Below, piece by piece: positions 58,491 through 64,000 of a stretch of 64,000 nt of DNA (position 1 is the first letter of the stretch; each line of letters begins with the position of its first letter). The stretch is from Candidatus Latescibacterota bacterium (GTDB lineage: Bacteria > Latescibacterota > UBA2968). The stretch covers positions 2,720,001-2,784,000 of the forward strand of contig OZ242010.1 in NCBI GenBank assembly GCA_965204745.1, written 5' to 3'. Under the pieces are notes generated by a model. That model searched no databases, was not told the origin of the DNA, and saw only the letters and a list, made by a program, of their open reading frames with translations. A program made the translations under genes and the position numbers.

Positions 58491-59526
58491 GGGCGTTCTC
58501 CGCGTGCCAATCTGCGACCGCTTTGGGGATTTCTTTCAAATTTTCGATAGCCGTCTGAAGCGGTATCGCGCACTCTGGCCCGATCATATCCACGCCCGCA
58601 TCGAGGTTTTGATACACTTCTTCGCGCACGGCTTGCGGGCCTTTGGCAAACAGGGTCTCCGGGTTGTTGATATTGCCCACCAGCGCGATGTGTTCCTTCA
58701 CGATCTCAATCGATTCATTGGGGTCGTTCTTGGAATCGTAGTGAAACGCGGCCATGCCGGTTTGCGCGATGTACGCCATGCGATCCACCGTGCGCCCGCA
58801 GATGTGCAAGATCAAGGGAATGGGGATGCGCTCGGCAAATTCGATGTGCAAGTCGCGCAAGTACCGGTCGTAGTACTCTCCGCTGACCAAATCGCCGGTC
58901 GCGTGATCCGGCAGGGTCAAGGCATCTGCGCCCGCTTCGATTTGCGCCCTGCCAAATGCGATGGTCACGTCTTTCAACTTGTCGAGAATTTGCCGCGTGT
59001 GATCCGGGTCGTCCAGCGAGAGGAGCAAAAAATCCTCCACGCCAAAGCAGTGGTACGCCAAGGACCAAGGCCCCATGGTCTTGCCGATAATCGCCACCTC
59101 GTCGCCGTATTCTTTCCGCAATATGCCTATCGCATCCAACACGCATTTCGTATCCGGATGCGTGAGCAAATTCGACGGGATTTCGATATCGTCCGCGGTT
59201 TGCCAGATCGGTTCTCTCATCTTCACGGTGGGCCAGTTGTCCTTTTGTTCCCACTGAATTTTGCACCCCAAGGCCGAGGATTCCTGAATGATCGTGAACA
59301 CCGGCATGATCGTGTCAAAGCCCAGTTCGGTATAACCCGTCGCGGCCAACCGCGCCATGGATTCCGCCTCGCGATTCGCCTGCGGGAACGGTGCATCGAC
59401 CAGGTCCATCAATTCCACGGTGGCGACCGACGTGGGATTGCACGTCGGCGTGCGATCCACCGGTTCGCGCTCGAGCGCGGCCAACACGCGGGCGCGTGGT
59501 TTCATCGGCGTTGTTTGATTGTGCAT
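58483..59526 (-). CDS. MtaA/CmuA-family (UroD fold) Zn methyltransferase
   Basis: GPWSLA, AQIEAGAD, LHICG, VGNI, PECAIP..T..ENL. Confidence 0.85.
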   Translation of the reverse strand: MHNQTTPMKPRARVLAALEREPVDRTPTCNPTSVATVELMDLVDAPFPQANREAESMARLAATGYTELGFDTIMPVFTIIQESSALGCKIQWEQKDNWPTVKMREPIWQTADDIEIPSNLLTHPDTKCVLDAIGILRKEYGDEVAIIGKTMGPWSLAYHCFGVEDFLLLSLDDPDHTRQILDKLKDVTIAFGRAQIEAGADALTLPDHATGDLVSGEYYDRYLRDLHIEFAERIPIPLILHICGRTVDRMAYIAQTGMAAFHYDSKNDPNESIEIVKEHIALVGNINNPETLFAKGPQAVREEVYQNLDAGVDMIGPECAIPLQTAIENLKEIPKAVADWHAENAHG

Positions 59527-59544
59527 GTAGGTCTCCGTTGTGTT

Positions 59545-59574
59545 GGTGGTCAGTGGTCAGTGGTCAGTGGTCAG
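59545..59574 (+). repeat. (GGTCAGT)x4 heptamer array overlapping the methyltransferase stop
   Basis: Direct reading. Confidence 0.9.
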
Positions 59575-60528
59575 GTGCTCCCAGTCGATGGGAACTTGGG
59601 AGACCCTCTCATTTCCCGAAGGTTTATGTACGGGCTTGCCCATTGGTCGTATCTTCAATTTGCCCTCGTAGAAATCCACAATTCGCTTGCGGGCGATGGC
59701 GCAAAATAGCGCGTCCCTGTCGATAGATACGGCCCTGCGGTTGTGCTTGAGTGTTGCAATCGCCGCACTTCCAACGCCGCCATAAGGGTCCAGAACCCAA
59801 TCGTCTTCGCAGGTCATGGACAATACGCACCGCTCCACGAGTTCAACCGGAAACTGACAGGGATGTTCGGCTATTTTTTCGGGATGATTGGATTTGACAT
59901 TGGGAATATCCCACACGCAGTCGTCGAATTCCGATTGCAACAAATCCCAAAAATCCGAGGGATTCTTGCCCAAGGGATTGCCGCTGGGCATGCCTTTCTT
60001 CGCGCCCTTGTAATGCCTCTTGCCCGGGTATTTCGAGGGCACGCGAACGGGATCCAAATTGAAAATGTACCGGTCGCTCTTGGTGAACCAAAGCAGGGTT
60101 TCGTACCGGCCAGAAAAGCGTTTTTTGGCGTGCAACCCATGCCCAAAATGCCAGACGATTCTGTTTCGGAGTTGCAACCCCAAACTTTTGAACACCGGAT
60201 AAAAGTACATATCGAGCGGATAAACCTCGCCCTTATCGACGTAATTTCCCACTTGCCAACAGAGACTGCCATCGGATTTTAGGACGCGCACCAACTCGGC
60301 AATGACGGTTTTCTGCTCCGCTAAATAGGACGCAAAATCGTTCTTCTTTTCGTAAGTCTTGCCGATGTTATAGGGCGGCGAACTGATGATCAGGCTGAAA
60401 AATTCATCGGGCAATTCTCGACACGCTTCAAGCACATCCGCCCGTATCACGCTCATTTTCTGTTCGGGCTGAAAGTGCGGCGAAATTTCTGGCCTCTCCC
60501 CATTATCGGACAAGGTTAATTGTGCCAT
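59557..60528 (-). CDS. Orphan DNA methyltransferase, N4/N6 beta class
   Basis: SSPPYNIGK, RVLK.DG, HPCQFP, VLDPYGGVGS; true start MAQLT lies downstream of the repeat. Confidence 0.9.
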   Translation of the reverse strand: MAQLTLSDNGERPEISPHFQPEQKMSVIRADVLEACRELPDEFFSLIISSPPYNIGKTYEKKNDFASYLAEQKTVIAELVRVLKSDGSLCWQVGNYVDKGEVYPLDMYFYPVFKSLGLQLRNRIVWHFGHGLHAKKRFSGRYETLLWFTKSDRYIFNLDPVRVPSKYPGKRHYKGAKKGMPSGNPLGKNPSDFWDLLQSEFDDCVWDIPNVKSNHPEKIAEHPCQFPVELVERCVLSMTCEDDWVLDPYGGVGSAAIATLKHNRRAVSIDRDALFCAIARKRIVDFYEGKLKIRPMGKPVHKPSGNERVSQVPIDWEHLTTDH

Positions 60529-60581
60529 GACATGCTTCCAAATGATTGACGCGATTCCTCCCCAACCCTGCCGCGGGAGTT

Positions 60582-60792
60582 GGGCGGACTGACAACTGAC
60601 AACTGACAACTGACAACTGACAACTGACAACTGACAACTGACAACTGACAACTGACAACTGACAACTGACAACTGACAACTGACAACTGACAACTGACAA
60701 CTGACAACTGACAACTGACAACTGACAACTGACAACTGACAACTGACAACTGACAACTGACAACTGACAACTGACAACTGACAACTGACAAC
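60582..60792 (-). repeat. (ACTGACA)29 heptamer array with GGGCGG anchor
   Basis: 60588-60790 is 29 perfect units. Confidence 0.98.
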
Positions 60793-60802
60793 GGATTCTC
60801 CC

Positions 60803-61432
60803 CTAATTCTGCGCGCTTGGGGCCGCGAGTACGCCTCGTCTTGCGGCTTGTTCCAATTCTCGTAAAACCGACCGCACATTGGGCGCGCGCACCAGCAGGA
60901 TGCCCACCAAGGCATCGTGTGCCGTGCCGCAATCGAAGCGCACGCGATCTGCTACCACTTGTTCCAACTCGCCCAATTTTGCAAGCCCGCCGGCCACCAA
61001 CCGAACGCGCCGATCCGCGCCGCTTTCCTCGCGGTCCGCAGCGATTTGATACACCCCATCAGATCGGGCCGTGGCAGAAATGTGCAAGCCAGACTTCTTG
61101 TCCAAAATGGTCAATGGCCGCGCAGATATGTCGTCATCCATGCCCTGTTTGCACGCCTCCAAAAACAGCCGCTTCACGGCTAGGAGATGCGCCGCACCAC
61201 ACGGGAAGCGCAACAGGCCCTCGGGCGTTTCTTCCATGCCGCCCAAAACCCGCATCGCGCGGTTGACCGAATCGATCCGCGCCCTCGCGCCCTCGCGCTG
61301 GCTGTACGTGTGGACGCGAAACACCGTGCCCTGCGCGTTTTCCCGCTGATAAAGCCCGATTGAGATGTCGCAAAAATGGGCATCTATCGGTAGCAATTCG
61401 ATTCGCCGGCCAATATCCAAAGTTCGCTTCAT
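60803..61432 (-). CDS. Hypothetical protein
   Basis: 209-aa ORF, co-oriented with neighbours; two F(P/D)CG.AH motifs. Confidence 0.65.
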   Translation of the reverse strand: MKRTLDIGRRIELLPIDAHFCDISIGLYQRENAQGTVFRVHTYSQREGARARIDSVNRAMRVLGGMEETPEGLLRFPCGAAHLLAVKRLFLEACKQGMDDDISARPLTILDKKSGLHISATARSDGVYQIAADREESGADRRVRLVAGGLAKLGELEQVVADRVRFDCGTAHDALVGILLVRAPNVRSVLRELEQAARRGVLAAPSAQN

Positions 61433-61522
61433 GAAAATTCCCCGTTAGGCACAAAAGGCGAGCCGTGTGTAGGGGCGGTGCCCCGTGCTCGCCCAAAGAT
61501 ACGAGATGGGAGCCCTTGGCTC

Positions 61523-62398
61523 TTAGCAGTCCGCAAAACAATAGCGATGCACGGCTTTGGCAAAGCCTTCGTTTTCGATGGGGTCGGTTTGCAAAATGTC
61601 TTCTCTGGCCACGGCGCGATGGGTTGCCGCATCGGCATTGTCCATGAGCACGCCCGTGCCAGCAACGCGCAACATGGGCAGATCGTTGTTGCCATCGCCA
61701 ACGGCCATCACTTCGTCGAGGCCGAGGCCGAGGTGCTCGGCAATCGCCGAAAGTGCCGCGCCCTTGTTCACGGCTGGGTGCATGATTTCAATGCGCCCGG
61801 CCACGGCCCATGCCATGTAAATTTGATCGCCAAATATGTCGTTGAGTTCTGCAACTGTTTCATCCGCACGTCCGACTTTGGGCAATAACATAATTTTGGG
61901 CGGCGTGGTCAACTCGTTTGCCAGTATTCGCCGGGCCAAATCCGCATCCACGTCATAGACCATATCGGTCATAGCGGCGACTGCGCGGCTCATCTCTGTG
62001 GTGTGGTCGGTTATGTACACCTCGCGGACGCCCTCGGGGTGCAGGTCGCATCGGCAATACACAAAATTCATCCGCTGTTCGGCGGCGTATTGAATCAGGG
62101 CTAAAAACACATCGTCGGGCAAACGCTGCTCGTGCATGACCTGGCGTTCACCGTTCAACACCTGCTTTGGCGAGAACACCATCGCGCCATTGTAGCACCC
62201 GGCGTACAGCGCGTCTGCGACATCGGGATCGGTCAAAAACGGAATTTGATTGCGCTCAAAATTGCGCCCACTCATCGACGCCACAGCCACCCCGCGCTCC
62301 AACAACGCCCGAATCGCCGCCATCGAGGCGTCCGACGGCTCATTCGAGTGATTCAGGATCGTCCCATCCAAATCAAATGCCACCAACTTGATCACCAT
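61523..62398 (-). CDS. Cof-type HAD (IIB) hydrolase
   Basis: DLDGT, SGR, NGA, NKG, GDGNNDLPML. Confidence 0.92.
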   Translation of the reverse strand: MVIKLVAFDLDGTILNHSNEPSDASMAAIRALLERGVAVASMSGRNFERNQIPFLTDPDVADALYAGCYNGAMVFSPKQVLNGERQVMHEQRLPDDVFLALIQYAAEQRMNFVYCRCDLHPEGVREVYITDHTTEMSRAVAAMTDMVYDVDADLARRILANELTTPPKIMLLPKVGRADETVAELNDIFGDQIYMAWAVAGRIEIMHPAVNKGAALSAIAEHLGLGLDEVMAVGDGNNDLPMLRVAGTGVLMDNADAATHRAVAREDILQTDPIENEGFAKAVHRYCFADC

Positions 62399-62526
62399 AG
62401 CTCTCCTGTCTGGGATCGCGGATTAAACGGATTACGCGGATTACACGGATTCCTCTCCGCTTCCCCACCTCCGCTATATTCTCCGCGCTACCTATATCCC
62501 CAATCCGTGTTTAGCTGTGGTTGCTT

Positions 62527-63564
62527 TTAGTCCACCAATGGCAAGCGCACTGCCCCCCCGCACTCTGCGGAGCGGTGGACTGCTTCGGTAAATTCCATGT
62601 ACTTCATGCCCTCGTAAAAGCTGGTATCGCCCTGCGGGCCACCTTTGATCGCGTGGATAAAATCCGCTTCCACGGTCCATTCTGCCACTTCGCCTTCGGG
62701 AATCGGGATTTCCTTTAATCGCTTATCCCCCGTTTTCGCGCCGAGGATTTGAGACCGCGTATCGTAGCTCAACGTGCCCGCGCTGCCGTGCGCTTCGACA
62801 ACGGATGGCCCGCCGAATTGAGACACGCCTGAAAACAAAAATGCCGCACGCGCGCCATTCTCCATTTGCCCGATGACGTGCGCCATATCGGGCGTTTCAA
62901 CCGGGCCCGTGCCAGGGCCGTCGGGCAGGGGGCGTTCTGGGGTAAAAATCTCGGTCTCTGCGGTCACGGTCGCCATGTAGCCAAACACGCGGGCCACGCG
63001 CTCCACCGTAATGCCCATGCCCAAAATGTTCAGCCCCGAGTACCGGCGGATCTGCCGCCAGTGCAAGGGCAAGTCCGCGTCCCAATACCGCCCGCCCAAG
63101 TCGCGCACATAAACGTGGAAAATATCGCCCAAATAGCCTTCATCGACCAACCGCCGCAAAAAACGCCCGGCCGGCCACGGCGGCGCAGGGCAAATTTGCG
63201 TCACCAAATCGCGCTCTTGACTCGCGGCGTACATCTGCTTGGCCTCGCGCAAATTCATCGCCATGCGCGCCTGCACAAACGTGTGTTTGCCCGCGTCCAA
63301 AGACGCCAAAACAAATTCACAGTGCTTGTAAGGCCAGGTGCCGATCATCACCGCGTCGATATCGCTGCGGTTCAACAGCGCGTAGGGATCGGTCATCGCC
63401 TCTGCTGACAGGCCCTGCTCCGCGATCACTTTTTCGCCGCTCTGCACGCTGCGATTGCAAATCGCCACCACCTCGGCATCGTCGATTTTTGCCAGTCCCG
63501 GAAAATGCCTGCTGCGAAAAATACCGCCCGCGCCAATAATGCCAATGCGAATTTTATCTGCCAT
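62527..63564 (-). CDS. Gfo/Idh/MocA oxidoreductase
   Basis: IRIGIIGAGG, DIDAV.IGTWPYKH, AGKH. Confidence 0.88.
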   Translation of the reverse strand: MADKIRIGIIGAGGIFRSRHFPGLAKIDDAEVVAICNRSVQSGEKVIAEQGLSAEAMTDPYALLNRSDIDAVMIGTWPYKHCEFVLASLDAGKHTFVQARMAMNLREAKQMYAASQERDLVTQICPAPPWPAGRFLRRLVDEGYLGDIFHVYVRDLGGRYWDADLPLHWRQIRRYSGLNILGMGITVERVARVFGYMATVTAETEIFTPERPLPDGPGTGPVETPDMAHVIGQMENGARAAFLFSGVSQFGGPSVVEAHGSAGTLSYDTRSQILGAKTGDKRLKEIPIPEGEVAEWTVEADFIHAIKGGPQGDTSFYEGMKYMEFTEAVHRSAECGGAVRLPLVD

Positions 63565-63604
63565 CGTTCACCTCATCCTGTTTTGGGTCATCGTCTCGGG
63601 CCAT

Positions 63605-63633
63605 AATCTACGCGCATGTGGCACAGGGGTCAA
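63605..63633 (-). promoter_or_regulatory. Putative sigma70 promoter
   Basis: TTGACC-17 bp-TAGATT upstream of the gene starting at 63564. Confidence 0.4.
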
Positions 63634-63655
63634 GATTTTCAACCGCGGTTCAACC

Positions 63656-63698
63656 AAAAAAGCGGCCGTGGATTGATGCCCACTGCCGCTTTCTTTTT
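63656..63698 (-). terminator. Intrinsic terminator (possibly bidirectional)
   Basis: Minus strand AAAGCGGCAGTGG...CCACGGCCGCTTTTTT: hairpin with U-tract. Confidence 0.7.
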
Positions 63699-63713
63699 GG
63701 TCGATCACGGGTT

Positions 63714-64000
63714 TTACAAGAAGGCAATGGCCGCGTCCAAGCGGGGGAGAATGCGGTCGGCTACATCGTGATTTTGGTGTGCTGTGAAGAAATTGGGCAC
63801 GGCGAACACCGTCATGCCCGCTGCTTTTCCCGCTTGCACACCCGCCGCGCTGTCTTCAAACACCAGGCAGGCTTTGGGCGCGACATTGAGTTTTGCAGCG
63901 GCTTTGAGGTAAATTTCCGGGTCGGGTTTGAGATGCGCGACATCGCTGCCGGAAAGAACGGCCCCAAAAATGTCGCGGATCGCGGCGGCATTGACGTGCG
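63714..64000 (-). CDS. HAD-family phosphatase (beta-PGM-like), 5' part outside the window
   Basis: Manual translation gives KPDPEIY...CLVFEDS.AG..AGKAAGM; TAA stop at 63714. Confidence 0.85.
   Translation of the reverse strand, partial: HVNAAAIRDIFGAVLSGSDVAHLKPDPEIYLKAAAKLNVAPKACLVFEDSAAGVQAGKAAGMTVFAVPNFFTAHQNHDVADRILPRLDAAIAFL

Noticed and set aside
54569-59526. Methanogenesis or Wood-Ljungdahl pathway
   Set aside because: No mcr, acs/cdh or pterin methyltransferase genes in the window; the context points to homocysteine as acceptor.
59520-59560. Cobalamin riboswitch upstream of the corrinoid operon
   Set aside because: The space is filled by heptamer repeats and the methyltransferase gene; no B12-box was seen.
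60503-60932. VVSCQLS-repeat proteins (also ORFs at 11256, 11408, 41164 and the long N-terminal extension of 59557-60915)
   Set aside because: The heptamer has no stop codon on that strand, so these ORFs are artefacts of the repeat.

Overview
GC-rich chromosomal window. The dockerin/EF-hand, CARDB and YWTD surface protein, the PVM-like microcompartment and the sulfatase suggest a marine, possibly host-associated Latescibacterota/Poribacteria-type bacterium; this is inference only. Contents from left to right: a partial orphan DNA methyltransferase; lutB-CCG fusion and murG; a surface-glycan cluster (Wzi-like, GT-C, O-antigen ligase-like, GT2, DegT, WecA-methyltransferase fusion); a bacterial microcompartment locus (pduL, 2 BMC-H, 3 BMC-P, aldehyde dehydrogenase, class II aldolase, nearby ackA) interrupted by cargo genes; four tandem MNT-HEPN fusion genes; a GldG/DUF4340/BatA region split by a 1309-aa repeat protein; dapF with Ser at both catalytic Cys positions; a lower-GC island with a structured RNA candidate next to mutS; a corrinoid methyltransferase / split methionine-synthase cluster; a second orphan methyltransferase; HAD and Gfo/Idh/MocA genes. 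Intergenic DNA is dense in repeat families: heptamer arrays anchored at a C-rich motif, GTAG REPs, small hairpins and an IS5-derived MITE. Most notable: (i) the MNT-HEPN array with one hypervariable cassette, (ii) anchored, strand-polarised heptamer arrays bracketing cargo genes, (iii) four antitoxin-like genes lacking toxins, three with short toxin stubs, (iv) the repeat-plus-structured-RNA island, (v) a YWTD propeller with focused variable residues and a displaced C-terminus. No rRNA, tRNA or CRISPR array was seen. All family calls come from recognising motifs by eye; no searches were run.
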